Below the pieces are notes generated by a model. The model made no database searches and was not told the DNA's origin. It saw only the letters and a list, made by a program, of their open reading frames with translations. A stretch of DNA of 63,865 nt, the filler included, from Octopus bimaculoides (lineage: Eukaryota): the NCBI RefSeq assembly GCF_001194135.2. It is 6 parts of 6 records of this genome, joined end to end, with 100 filler letters (N's around TTAATTAATTAA, not from the genome) between each part and the next. Parts side by side here need not be neighbours in the genome. Positions count along the whole stretch, not along the records: positions 21,608 to 50,393 come from NC_068989.1; positions 50,494 to 54,004 come from NC_069002.1; 4 more parts are not named here. One strand, written 5' to 3'. This document shows positions 37,520-51,024 of this stretch, piece by piece. The translations under genes were made by a program, and so were the position numbers. Each line of letters starts with the position of its first letter. Positions within the stretch are counted from its first letter, which is position 1.

Positions 37520-37570
<51 letters not shown>

Positions 37571-37739
37571 AGACAAAACAGTTATACAGAAACCTACACA
37601 AAAATATATATACACATTCTGACCTATAATTTCTATGCAAACATCTCCGATCGTTTTTGCAATTTCGCCAAGGAACAAAGATAAAGAAGAGAGAAAGGGC
37701 AAAGGTGTTGGTACCTTAAAAAACTATTTCTTTCTTCAG

Positions 37740-37822
37740 GAGAAGAGTAAACCCCATCACCTGCCATCACTTTCCATCTCTCTTCAAGACATCGCTTCTC
37801 TTGACATTTGCGAAACACTGAA
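37740..37822 (+). CDS. Candidate internal coding exon of an unidentified host gene
   Basis: Strong acceptor tatttctttcttcag|G and donor GAA|gtaagc; 83 nt; only phase 0 is open: EKSKPHHLPSLSISLQDIASLDICETL(K). Not repetitive within the window. Confidence 0.4.
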
Positions 37823-38165
37823 GTAAGCAGACGAGAATTGCTTATCGTTCTGGTGCACTACTACACTGCTGTACTGATGCAGTCAGTGATATATAGATGG
37901 AGATGTTATTGAAGCGCTTCTGCATCTAGTTTTGTAGAGTATGTTACTTACCCTCGGTAAACAAACAACAAGAACGAATACAACAGAAACAAAACAGAAA
38001 TGAATACTTCCTTGTTACATCTCACTTCTTCGTCTTGGTCCCTGCATTAAATCCTTCCTTCTGGCACATTTTCTCAACTACACACACACACACACACACA
38101 CACATGTATGTATATGTGTATATATAAATATGTATATATATGAATATTTATATGTGTAAATCTAT

Positions 38166-38233
<68 letters not shown>

Positions 38234-38847
38234 TTATATATATAATGTATATATATATATATGTATATATACGTATATAAATATACATATATATATACAT
38301 ATATATATACATATACATACATATATATATATATGTATACACACACAAATATACACGTTATCTATCTATCTATCAACCTGTTTTTCTGTCTGTCTGTCTT
38401 TCTGTCTGTCTGTCTTTCTGTCTGTTTGTCTTTCTGTCTGTCTTTCTGTCTGTCTGCCTGTCTGTCTGTCCTTACGCATGTATATAATTCTCAGCAGACG
38501 TTGACTTACAAACATCCAAACTGCAAAAAAAAAAAAAAAAAATCAATTATATCGATTTCTTTCGTCTCAGAGGTGGTGCGAATATCATAAGCAATGCACC
38601 TTTCTCTTGACCAAACCATAAAAAACAGCACACAATAACAATAACAATAACAGCAGCAACAACAACAATAATAATAATCAATCTATTATATCACTACATC
38701 GTTTTTCTCTGTTCTTCTTGTGATGTTCCATCTCTTCCCACCACAACACCAATGATGCCATTCTTGACATCCAATTCATAACCTGTTTCGAATCTCGGCT
38801 TGTTTTTCACCAGTCTAGATTTTAATGACGACGACGACGACAATACA

Positions 38848-38881
<34 letters not shown>

Positions 38882-39289
38882 CTTACATACATATATGTAT
38901 GTATACAGACAGACAGATACATGTATGCATATGTATCCTTTGCTTGTTTTAATTATTAGGTTGTGATCATGCCAGAGCAGCGACTTGAAGATTTTTTGGC
39001 GAATGAATCGATACTAGTACTTTTAAAAAAAAAGTCTGATACGTATTCTATCAGTATCTTTGCAGAACCATAAGTTACGGGGACGTAAACACACTAGCAC
39101 CGGTTGTCAAGTGGTGAAGGGGACAAACACAGACACAAAGACATTCATACACACACACGAACGCAAAAACACGCGTACGCACGCACGCACACACACACAC
39201 AGACACACAGAGACACACACACACAGACACAGACAAGGACACACACATCCACACACACAGACACACACACAGACACACACACATACCAC

Positions 39290-39602
39290 CTCAGCGTGAC
39301 TACAGCCACAAGCAGTTAATGTATTCGGCTCATGAGTTCAATTCCTGGTGGCGTGTTGTGTCCTTGAGCAAGACACTTTACTTCACGTTGCTCGGGTCTA
39401 CCCCGCTGCCAAAAATGAGTTGTACCTGTAATTCAAAGGGCTAGTCTTGTCACATTCTGTGTCATGCTGAATCACAATGAGAACTGCATTGAGGGAATGC
39501 GTATGTGTGGAGTGTTCAACCACTTTTACATTAATTCCATGAGCAGGAGGTTCCGTTGATCAGAACAACTGGAGCACACGTCGTAACCGACGGAGTGTGC
39601 CA
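39290..39602 (+). mobile_element. SINE family C copy
   Basis: Matches 11060 and 24813 copies; ends cgtaaccgacggagtgtgccag. Confidence 0.8.
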
Positions 39603-39647
39603 GTTAATATATNNNNNNNNNNNNNNNNNNNNNNNNNNNNNNNNNNN

Positions 39648-39679
<32 letters not shown>

Positions 39680-39897
39680 AATATATATATATGTGTGTGT
39701 GTGTGTGTATGTGTATGTATGTTTGTGTGTACGTATGTGTGTGTGTACGTGTAGGGTTAAATATGTTTAGGGGGTTTCAAATATAGAACAGTTTTTGTAG
39801 GCACATATGTGCAAAACAAGGCTGAAAAAGTAGTTCTTAAATACCGAATGTAAAGTAAAATACTGTTCTATTCAAGACAAAAAAAGACCTTCACAAA

Positions 39898-39938
39898 CTG
39901 TTACTCAGGGTTTCATTACGTAACCGTTCATCAAACAT
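39898..39938 (-). ncRNA. Degenerate hammerhead-like motif
   Basis: TGT-TTGATGA-ACG(gtta)CGT-aat-GAAAC-CCTGA-GT-A-ACAG. Confidence 0.35.
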
Positions 39939-41420
39939 TTGTGGTAATACAGAACACTAAACAAATTTTTTTGTGAAATTTCTTTATTTTATCTATATAA
40001 ACATACATGCACATATACACATATAAACATACATGCATGCATACATACACAAACGCACATATAATAATGAATTACTGAAAGCAGGTTTTCAGAGTGAGTC
40101 CCATGTTATTTCATAGAAATCGATAGAATAAATCGTTTTATTGACTTTATTTTTCGTTTGTCTACTTTTGTCAGTTGGTTAACTATGTTGTTAATGTTGA
40201 TATATTATGTTTAGCTTCACGTGAACTCTGATAAAATTCGCCAATGATTAAAGATGTTCCTTCCGTGCCGACCCCATTTTATTCGGAATAGCATTAGACT
40301 CCATTATCTATTGAATCTTACTCTGTTTTAAGAAAATAGCGTGTGACCTGACGTAAATTTAGTTGTTATTTCTACCACACTGAGCCACTACTTGGAATGT
40401 ACCTCGTTGGCTCACCGTTGTCGATGTTCTTTTTGTTGTTATTGCCATCTACCCCTCCCTCTTATTCTCTTTTTCTTTCGCGTCACATTTGTCTGATGTT
40501 TCATTAAGTAGGAGAAAATTTATAACAAGTGATATAATGAAATATTTAGTTATAATTCACAAACGTACTGGAATACGCATATACGTATACCCATATATAT
40601 ACTCACCTACTTGTACGCATATAGATATGCATACGTACACACATATACCTTTTACATCTTTTACCTTTTACTTGCTTCAGTCATTAGACTGCGGCCATGC
40701 TGGGGCATCACTTTGAGGAATTTTAGTCAAACTAATCGACCCCAGTACTTATTTTCTTTTAAAGTTTGGTACTTACTCTTTTACCGAACCGCTAGGCTAC
40801 GGGGACGTAAACACATCAACACTGGTTGTCATGCAGTGGTGAGGGACAAAGACAGACACAAGAACACAAACACACACACACACACACGACGAGCTTCTTT
40901 CAGTTTCCGTCAGCCAAATCTGCTCACAAAGCTTTGGCCAGCCAAAAGCTATAGCAGAAAACACTTGTCTAAGGTACCATGCGGTGGGACTGAGCCTGGA
41001 ACCGTGTGGTTGGGATGCAAATTTCTTACCACCCATTTATTGTGTGGCCATGGATAAGACATTTGTAAATCCTGTAGCCAATATATAGTTGCAGCTTTAT
41101 ATCTACTATTACACTGTGTGACACGATTTTTGTCCTTGGATAGCAACTGTTACTTCTTATTTGCTCACCCCTAGAAAGTATGAAAAATGGATAATATTTC
41201 CTTCAAACTTTGATTCTGATACATTTAATCAAATTCGAAAGAATCCCTCTCAGCATATGGCTATGATGCTCCCTCACTACTCCTGGTTATGATCAGATAT
41301 GCACGTGTTGTCAGCCATTAAGGGAGATGCTCAAATGGTTAAGGTCAAGCAACTGACAAGCAAATTTATGGTATTGAGTAGAATATTTGTATTAATAATA
41401 TCTCTACTTCTGTAACTCAG

Positions 41421-41453
41421 CACCGAATCTGTCTGAAACGTAATGGAAAACAG
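41421..41453 (+). CDS. Candidate 33-nt exon (weak)
   Basis: ctacttctgtaactcag|CAC...CAG|gtcagt; only phase 0 open (HRICLKRNGKQ). Confidence 0.2.
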
Positions 41454-42261
41454 GTCAGTTTCAAAACATTGGTGTCCAGGTCGCAAAAGCAAAGTTTAGA
41501 GGGAATAGTTGTCATTTCGTTTGATTTCTAGATAGAAGCAAACAGGAAACAACACTTACTGACCAAAAACAAAAGAAAAAAAATTGTTACACAGTATTAT
41601 TGGAGCAACATGATAAGTAGAAACATGCCTGGACCAAAGTATTGCTGAGATTAGAGTGTTCATGAAAAAAAAAGAACAAAAAAAAAATGTATTTTATTGT
41701 CTATAACTGATCACGAGATATGGGACTGTAAATCTACGTTCTGTGGAAAATCTCTGCGGTGGATTATCTTTTTGGAAGATATTGGTATATTTTAAATCGA
41801 GAATGGAATTTCGATCGTTTCTTAAACTCTACTTTTAGTATTGAATCTCTCTATTAGTAAATGTTCTGTTGTTATACTTGAAATTGCTTTAGAATAAAAT
41901 AATAACCTTAGATAAACTGTACATACATACATATATACATACACATATGTGAAGATATGCTTACAAAAAAGTATATATATATATATATATATATATATAC
42001 GTACGCACATACTTTTTATATATATAATATGAACTGAATATATTGAACGAAAAACTTCGTTACCGAAAGTAATTGTCAAGGCACCATCATTAATCACGAG
42101 TTTTGTCTTTAACCCAGAAACTTTATGGCAGAAGATGAACGAAATATCATCTCATAAAAAATATTTCGGCAAAATACAAAACAAAACAAAACACATAAAA
42201 TAAAAAGTGAAAGACATCTCTGTGAAAGTGTTTTCAAAATCTTAAATCATTTTCGTCTCAG

Positions 42262-42300
42262 ATCTGGAAAGAAAAAAAAGAATTTCACATTGCACCACGA
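42262..42300 (+). CDS. Candidate 39-nt exon (weak)
   Basis: tcattttcgtctcag|ATC...CGA|gtaaat; all frames open. Confidence 0.17.
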
Positions 42301-42572
42301 GTAAATAAAACTAGGAGATATAATGTACTAACATCAGCAGTAAAACTTACACTATCGACTTTAAAACTTCTACTAAAGCTGTTTGTATGTTGCAAAATCA
42401 GGAGCATCCATAAGGGGATTGGATAGTTGTGTGTGTATATATATATATATATATATNNNNNNNNNNNNNNNNNNATATATATAATTGAATTTTACAGAAA
42501 AACAAAAGACGAAGACAGGTGTATGAACAACAAGCAGGTGTATTAGCTTGACGCTCGGGAAAGTGAGAAAGT

Positions 42573-42608
42573 CTTTTACGTTTCGAGCCTACGCTCTTCA
42601 ACAGAAAG
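42573..42608 (-). ncRNA. Variant minimal hammerhead-like motif (CUGUUGA core)
   Basis: CTTT-CTGTTGA-A-GAGC(gtag)GCTC-GAAAC-GT-A-AAAG; same family as 28630, with a truncated copy at 25253-25286. Confidence 0.5.
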
Positions 42609-43179
42609 GAATAAGAGAAAATAAACAGAAAGAGAATAAAAAAAAAACTTGTGGATTTAGCGATCAATTATGGCGACTGGTTGAGAAAAAAAAGGTTTGA
42701 CAGGAGAGGTAGAAAGAAGGGGAGATAATAAAGTATTGGTGAACCTAAAATGAAGGTGCGCGTGCGTGTGCATGTGTGTGTATCTGAGAATGTGTGTGTA
42801 CGTGGATAGGGGCTAGTGACTTTGATGTGTGGATGTGTGCGTGTGTGTGTACGTCTGTAATGTGTGGGTGTGTGGATGATGGTGTGTGGGTGTGCGGATG
42901 ATAGTGTGTGGGTGTGAAGAAGATGTGTGTTTTGTGGGTGCTGGGAAGTGGTCAGTGCTAGTGTGTGGAATGGTGTGGTGGTATTGTGGTGTGTGGTGTG
43001 TGGGTGTGAGGATGTGAGTGTAAGGTGGAGGTGAGGGGGTAGGGTTGAGTATGTGGAAGTGGGGTGTGTGGGTGGTGGGTATGGGTGGAAGGACATCAAT
43101 GAAGAGAGAAGGTAGGTAGGAATGAAGGGAGGAAGTAGGTGTCATACACAGGTATGTTGATGCAAGCAGGAAAACTAGA

Positions 43180-43495
43180 ACTCAAAATATGAGGATATGT
43201 ATATTTTTATTAATATTTAGAAGTAACAGAATGACTTAACGTCAGATTGACATCCAAACACTCTGAAATGTTCATATTGGAACTTCCGGCGCGAATGCCA
43301 AGCAGTACAGCATGTCGTTTCCAAATTTCTTGCAGAATAAACTGCGTCATGGTGCTGTTTTTCTCACAGATAGTGCCCAACCTACCCTACTATACTGTGT
43401 AGTCGACAAAATCAAAAACAAACAATGCATATACACAAAATTAAATATGTAAAATGGCGACAATTTATCCATCACAACCTCTATATGTACGCTTT
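43180..43495 (-). mobile_element. Tc1/mariner (maT-like) 5' end fragment
   Basis: Homologous to 51025-51208 (+); N-terminal MTQFILQEIWKRHAVLLGIRAGSSNMNISECL resembles the 8138 element start. Confidence 0.6.
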
Positions 43496-43759
43496 TGGTA
43501 TTTGTATGTGCGTTGCTGGGGTTGGGTGGAGTGGAGGGCAAATTTGGCGTTGGATTGAGGTTTGGAGGTGCTAAGGGGGAAAGGTTTGGTTGTGCTAGGA
43601 GGGAAAAAGAGAGCTAAAATGTACGTTCATAGTTGTACGTTTATCGAGACATGTGGCGGGCGGGGTCACAAGAGAAGCATAAGTTTCGAAGGTCAGCCTG
43701 TGGTCTGTGCATATACATACATATATACACCCCCTCACACACACATATATATATATATA

Positions 43760-44002
43760 CAGGGTGGTGTAAAAGTAGGTATACAGTTATGAAAAAAGAA
43801 AACACGTGCAATACTCATTTTTATCAAAAAAATTGAAAGTTACGATGACAGTATTATTATAGTTATGATAAATGCATTATTATGACTGACACTGAAAATA
43901 TCAAAAATGCGGTTAACTAATTTAGTGTGCTAATAATTTTAATGAATCAAATATTATAACATTGATGTGTTACTTACTGTATACCTACTTTTACGACCCT
44001 TG
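43760..44002. mobile_element. Tc1/mariner-type MITE
   Basis: ~27-bp TIRs CAGGGTGGTGTAAAAGTAGGTATACAGT / ACTGTATACCTACTTTTACGACCCTTG, TA on both sides. Confidence 0.85.
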
Positions 44003-45250
44003 TATATATTTACATATATATATGACTGTACACACAAACATCACACACACGCACACACACACATATATAAACACTTGAGGGAAATCAAAAATAATATAGT
44101 ATAAATGAAGACTGCCACATGATGAAAGACCAAACATCATAAAATTTTACAGAAGACATGGATGTAATAAAGTGATAAACGTGGATATATATTCGTAATA
44201 AACAACACACAATTTTCTGAAGCTATAAACATAATGAAGCTAAAAGTACCACACAATTTTAATTATCTGCCCTTTACATTTAGGGTCTAGGTGATACGAA
44301 ATCAATATTATATATCATACTCTGCCGTTACTTGTAAAGTCTAATTTATTTTTCATAAAAGAACAATAAACTAGATTCCGATGCAGGAAAGTACTTATGT
44401 AAAACTGTCCATCATAATTATTTGACAGTCATATTTCCTTGTACATGATGTCTAAACAATAGAACACTAACCGAACAGGAAACACTGAAATAATGGACTT
44501 ATAATCTTTTTTTAAACCAACATTGGGAACGAAGATGAATAATATTAAAAAAAAGTCCTAATGTAACATTATCAGCTTTGGTGGGTGATTCTTTGTTAAA
44601 TATTTTCCATAATCTGGTTTTAGACAATAGTGGTTAGTTGCAAGAGTCTTCTGCATAGTTAGGTATATTCTTTTGTTGTAGCTATTTCTGTGTTCTGAGT
44701 TCAAGTTCCATTGTCGTCAACTTTAATTCCTATCCTTTTACTATCAATTTTCTTTCCTTCTCTTCACTCTTACCAGGATTGGTTGTAGCTGACAAAATGG
44801 TATCTTGGTGTCTTGTAAAAGAATGAAAAAATCTGAAGAAAGGGAAGGGGAAATAGCTACTGTATTCTTCCATAAAATTTCCTTGACAAACACAGAATGA
44901 TGGTTAACAAGTTTTTACATACAAGGGCATAAACGCAGTTATACAAACACAGAATCATATATACATCGACATATACACCTTGGTATATACTCGTGGGCAT
45001 GCACATACGCACATGAAATCACCAGGGGTTGTTTGTTAACCTGGCAGTTCGAGAAGAGAATTCTAGACATCACACTTCATTGTTCTCGATTGTTGAATGT
45101 TTAAGGCTATGATATTCAGTCGAAGAAATCGACCCCAGGACTTATTCTTTATAAGCCTAGTACTTATTCTATCGTCTCTTTTGCTGAACCGTTAAGTTAT
45201 TGGAACTTAAACACACCAATATCGGTTGTCAAGCGATGGTGGGGTGGACA

Positions 45251-45372
<122 letters not shown>

Positions 45373-46116
45373 AACACATGACAAGCTTTTTTCAGTTTCT
45401 CTCTACCAAATCTCATCACAAGGTTTTGGTCGGTCCGAGGCTATAGAAGAAGACACTTGTCCAAGGTGCCACGCAGTGAGACTGAACTCAGAATCATGTG
45501 GTTGTGAAGCGAGCTTCTTACCACACAGTCATACCTTTTAACAGAAGAAATTGATGTCACGAGATGATGCCTTTACACCCCATTGTATACAGGCTCACAC
45601 ATATACACACGGTATATATACATACATACACATACGTAGTTAAATGCGCATTTGACCATTTACTAATGAATACATTTTTTTAATAGTAAATCATATTTAG
45701 TATTGCTGTGAAAATGGAATCTGCGGATAAACCACAGAAGATTTGAGAGACAAAACTAGTCGAGTCAATCGTCTCACTTATCTGTCAGAACATTTGTTTC
45801 ATTGCTTTTATGTCCATATCTTTATTCATAACTACGTTGTGTTGGGCAAATGACTTCTACTATATTCTATTGCTGACCCATACCTTGTGTATGGAATTTC
45901 TCTGATGGAAGCTGTGCAGAAACCTGTCTACTTATACATACACCCATATATACATAAAGAGAGAGGGAGAGAAGGAGGGAGCGAAACAGAGGCAGATAGA
46001 CACGCAGCTAACTAACAAGACAGATAGTCACATGGGTAGATAGAGAGAAAGACAGATTAAGCAAGAGGAAGATAGCTAGCTAGCTAGCTAGCTAGCTAGC
46101 TAGCTAGCTAGATAGT

Positions 46117-46147
<31 letters not shown>

Positions 46148-46619
46148 TGAGAGAGAGAAAAAGAGAGGGAGGGTAAGAGATGTAAGTTAAGCTTATGATC
46201 ACGTGCTTTTAGCAAACACACATTTATCCTAGCGTCGTTTAATGCTTCTATTAATTAATTAATCATATTGATCAGCACTTGCAATGTTATGCAAATTAGA
46301 AATAGCCCAATTTAGTTCTATTCGAGTTTGTCATTATGATAAATGACTATAATCAGCTATTTTCTCTGTGGCCAAAAAGAAATAACCAGTCCTGATGAAG
46401 CCATAAAATAATTGAAACTAGTCAGGTCGATAGCAACAGAAAGAAAAATATGTGATCTAATCACAGTATTTAGTCGCCATATAAAAATATGTATTTACTA
46501 AAAACATCTCGTCACTTTAACGCTGTGTATAGCTCCTACTAATATCTATCTATCTATCTATTCTTCTCTCTCTCTCTCACACACATATAATCATTTTGTG
46601 GAACAAATTTTATTGTAAC

Positions 46620-47365
46620 TTCAATTAGATTTATTTAGTAATTCTTTTGTACGAAGCTATAGCCAGAAAATTTAATTTCTCTCATGGCATTCTTGACCGA
46701 AGACATGTCTTTAATAGTTTTGCAAAAGAAAATTTTCGTTCGGCTGCAGCAGATGTTGTAGGAATTACCAGTAAAAGTCAGCAGATTTTACAAATCTCTG
46801 ATATTAGGTGTTTGCCACCGGCTGTTTCTTTATTCTAACGGACGCCGAAGTCAGCCGAACGACAAAGACTATTCATATAGAAACTTCAAATACCGGAAGT
46901 TGCAGTATCAAAGAATTAATGTCATCATCAGTGTGTCTTTCTTTAATAATATTGATTTCTGATGATGTATTCTTTTTGTTGATCACCTTTTGAAGCAAAA
47001 TCTCCATTGAATGTACTTCGTAACATGCCTGATAAAAGCGTTTGCCGATAGAAGAAATTATTGTACCTGTGGTCATGAAGTACACATGCCTGTTATGGTC
47101 TCCTACTGCCTGTTGGTATGTATCTTTGCCAATTCACATTTTAACTCGTCTAGGATAGTTTATTTCCATGGTAATACAAATTTTGAGAGGAAATGGTATA
47201 TTCTGTATAATATCATCAAAGAGGTAACCTTCACTTTTCATATCTTTCAACTCTTGTCCAGTAATTTCATCCATCCTCTGTCTGTTGATGAAATTTTAGC
47301 TGCCTGTAGTAGCTTTGATAAATTGTCTACATGCAAGAACAAGAGTTGTTCGCGATTTTGCCTAA
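46620..47365 (-). mobile_element. hAT transposase (ZMYM1-like) C-terminal fossil
   Basis: LLLVIPTTSAAAERKFSFAKLLKTCLRSRMP*EKLNFLAI (hAT dimerisation domain); upstream LHVDNLSKLLQ and VYFMTTGTIISSIGKRFYQ...MEILLQK. Confidence 0.85.
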
Positions 47366-47384
47366 AGACAAAAAAATATTCTTT

Positions 47385-47962
47385 TCTACACTAGGCACAA
47401 GGCCCGAAATGTTTGGGGAGGGGACTAGTCGATTAGATCGACCCCAATACGCAACTGGTACTTAATTTATCGACCCCAAAAGACGAAAGGCAAAGTCGAT
47501 CTTGTAACTCAGGACGTACAGACAGACGAAATACCGCTAAGCATTTCGCCAGGCGTGCTAACGTTTCTTATTTCTTAATTGCCCACAAGGGGCTAAACAT
47601 AGAGGGGACAAACAAGGAGAGACAAAGGGATTAAGTCGATTACATCGACCCCAGTGCGTAATTGGTACTTAATTTATCGACCCCGAAAGAATGAAAGGCA
47701 AAGTCGACCTCGGCGGAATTTGAACTCAGAACGTAACGGCAGACGAAATACCGCTAAGCATTTCGCCCGGCGTGCTAACGTTTCTGCCAGTTCGCCGCCT
47801 TTAAAGAAAGAATTAAACAGAATGTTTTTGATATATTCTTTTCTACTCTAGGCATAAGGACCAAAATTTTTGGGGAGAGGGCCAGTCGATTAGATCGACC
47901 TCAGTACGCGACTGGTACTTAATTTATCGACTCCGAAGAGATGAAAGGCAAAGTTGACCTCG
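47385..47962 (-). mobile_element. Three tandem SINE family A copies
   Basis: Repeated gtcgattagatcgaccc...ggtacttaatttatcgacccc...aaaggcaaagtcgacc at ~47385, 47600 and 47840. Confidence 0.9.
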
Positions 47963-48098
47963 CTATCACTGCCACTACCGTCGCTACCACCGTACACGCC
48001 GCTTTTGCCGCTATCTCCACTATTACCTCTATCACCACTACCGCCGCCAGAACGACCGCAGTCGCCTCTTTCGCCGTCGTCACGTTATCGTCGTCGTT

Positions 48099-48155
<57 letters not shown>

Positions 48156-49170
48156 GTCATCGTCGTCGTCGTCATTACTGTTATATGATTATCACCATTA
48201 CTACTATTTTGAGATGTTTTTCATCATCTCTCAATGGAGGAAAGATCCCTTACATTTGGGTTATAAAATTTCGGAGAAAAAATGGTACACAGATATATGA
48301 CATACAGACCAATAATTGGAAATTAATAATCATTGAACACATTAAAGCGATTAATTTAGCAACCTACACTTCAAACATAATCTACTGATCATCATCAGGT
48401 TTTGTAATCGAAACTTGATGTCTGCCATATAAACAAACACAGGTGAACAAGTATTTAATACAAGTAGTAGAGTTTATGTAGTCATTCTTTTCCACACACA
48501 CACACACGCACACACACACACACACACAAACACACACGTCGCGCACGCGTGTATGTGAAAGCGCATGGCCTATTGGTTAGGGTGTTGCACTCTCAAGTTC
48601 GTGGTTTCAATTCGCAAATCGGCGGGACGTGTGTTCTTGCACAAAGATACTTCATTCTGTGTTGCTTCAACTCATTTAGCTGTAAAAGGGTAACCCTACG
48701 ACGGACTGGAATTCCGTTCAAGAGAAATGTATATCTGACAGTGAGGTGGCGTCAGTCGAAAGCTACAACAATGTGAGGAAGCACATTGTGGTCAGTGGTA
48801 TATAATAACATTCGATAGTCAGAAGGAGACAATGATACACACTCGCACACACACACGCACACACATATATATTCTACTGAAAATAAAGGAACTCTCGAAC
48901 GCAAATAAACTGTGATACCAGCTTAGAAAATGAGGTAAATACGCTTAGAAGACAGACAAAAAGTGACCAGCAAACCACTACAGAGAATTCTGTAGAATAC
49001 CAACCCACTCAGCGCTTCTAAGTTTGTTTACAAAATGTTCTCATATATATATATTTAATTCAATAATAGGATAAAATCTTTTACAAGAATTTATCGAGTA
49101 GCTAGCGTGAAAAAAATCTCATAAGGGAAAAATCATTTATTCTCCAACATATATTTATTTATATAAAGGC

Positions 49171-49361
49171 ATTACTATACATGAATACCTCACGCTATGA
49201 GGGACTCTAAGGTCAAACTACCATAATAAACACATTTTTAACGAACGCGAGGAAATGCAACTCTCAAAGCTGGCCTCTTAAAAGAGTTCGGTAAAAATGT
49301 GTCTATTATGGTAGTTTGACCTTAGAGTCCCTCATAGCGTGAGGCAATTATGTATAGTAAT
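49171..49361. repeat. 70-bp inverted repeat with 51-bp spacer, abutting a gap
   Basis: 49171-49240 versus 49292-49361 (cctcacgctatgagggactctaaggtcaaactaccataat / reverse complement). Confidence 0.9.
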
Positions 49362-49795
49362 NNNNNNNNNNNNNNNNNNNNNNNNNNNNNNNNNNNNNNN
49401 NNNNNNNNNNNNNNNNNNNNNNNNNNNNNNNNNNNNNNNNNNNNNNNNNNNNNNNNNNNNNNNNNNNNNNNNNNNNNNNNNNNNNNNNNNNNNNNNNNNN
49501 NNNNNNNNNNNNNNNNNNNNNNNNNNNNNNNNNNNNNNNNNNNNNNNNNNNNNNNNNNNNNNNNNNNNNNNNNNNNNNNNNNNNNNNNNNNNNNNNNNNN
49601 NNNNNNNNNNNNNNNNNNNNNNNNNNNNNNNNNNNNNNNNNNNNNNNNNNNNNNNNNNNNNNNNNNNNNNNNNNNNNNNNNNNNNNNNNNNNNNNNNNNN
49701 NNNNNNNNNNNNNNNNNNNNNNNNNNNNNNNNNNNATATATATATATATACATATATATATCTGTAAAGATATGTGACACTTATTCAGTAGCCAT

Positions 49796-49856
49796 GATAA
49801 AACTCCGAGTTTCGGATGCCTGGGTGGGGGTCCACTCCAACATCTCTTCAGTTATC
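49796..49856 (-). ncRNA. Type I hammerhead ribozyme motif with long stem II
   Basis: GATAA-CTGAAGA-GATGTTGGAGTGG(accc)CCACCCAGGCATC-C-GAA-ACTC(g)GAGT-T-TTATC; GUU site; stem II register shifted by 1 nt. Confidence 0.6.
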
Positions 49857-51024
49857 CAGCTACCGGAAATTCTTTTGAAAAATGACCGTTATACCCAAAG
49901 GGAAATTAAAAACAAAGGGAGATAAGCAGAGGGAAAAATAAACAAAGGAAAATTACTGTGTAGTGACAAACCTCGTCTAAACCTGCGTATATCATACACG
50001 CACGCACATATCTCAAAGTGCGCACGTATATATCTACATGCGCACGTATTCACGCGCACACTCACAAGTGCGCACATATAAAGTTCCTTGAACGTGTCTA
50101 TAAGCGCACAGAAAAAATTTGGAGGGGAGAAAAACAGAAAAACTATATGTGGAAAAATACAAAAACCATTAACCCTATAGCTATATAAAAACCTAAAAAT
50201 AATTAAAAAATATATAATAATATCAAAATATAAAAATAAAAAATTAAAATATAAAATTCAGGTAAAAAGGGAAAAAAGTGAAAAAACTTAATATGGAAGC
50301 CTATCAGTGTCGCCCATCAGCACAAATATTTAAAAATATATAAAAATATGTATATAAAGTATAAGAAATAATAATAGAGACACAAATATATATNNNNNNN
50401 NNNNNNNNNNNNNNNNNNNNNNNNNNNNNNNNNNNNNTTAATTAATTAANNNNNNNNNNNNNNNNNNNNNNNNNNNNNNNNNNNNNNNNNNNNATATATA
50501 TGTATGTATTTATCTATATTTATACATGCATATATATATATATACACACATGCATACATACATACACACATTCATACATACATACATGTAGATAGATAGA
50601 ATCATACCTACATACACACACACATACATACCTACATACATACATACATACATACATACATACATACATACCTGCATACATACATACAAATCTACGACTA
50701 GCCAACACAGAAATCCGGCTCAGTGGTTTTGTGTGATTTGCAGAGCCGGCGAAAGAGATAAGGATGAACAGAGTTTGGAGAGATAACAAAATCACCAATT
50801 TGTCACACGTTGAGATTTCCCGTTGATTGGAAAAGAAACATAATACAGATATATTTGTTCGTTTTTAATTGTCCTCTTTCCTTCCATCGTTTTTGTCTCT
50901 CTCCCGCTTCTTTCTATTGATATTGTCGTTAGTATCTTCGCATTGTATTGTACTTATATCTCTATACGTGTGTATGTATGTATGTATGTATGTATGTATG
51001 TATGTATGTATATATATACATATA

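Noticed and set aside
37945-38005. Minus-strand AG-G-GTAAGT after a 50-nt pyrimidine-rich tract (recursive splice or 1-nt exon idea)
   Set aside because: Acceptor is GAG (disfavoured), there is an extra G, and no minus-strand gene is established here.
47340-47375. Strong minus-strand splice acceptor before the hAT fossil
   Set aside because: Downstream frames contain stops and frameshifts; the pyrimidine tract is partly the tail of the adjacent SINE, so no domesticated gene is supported.
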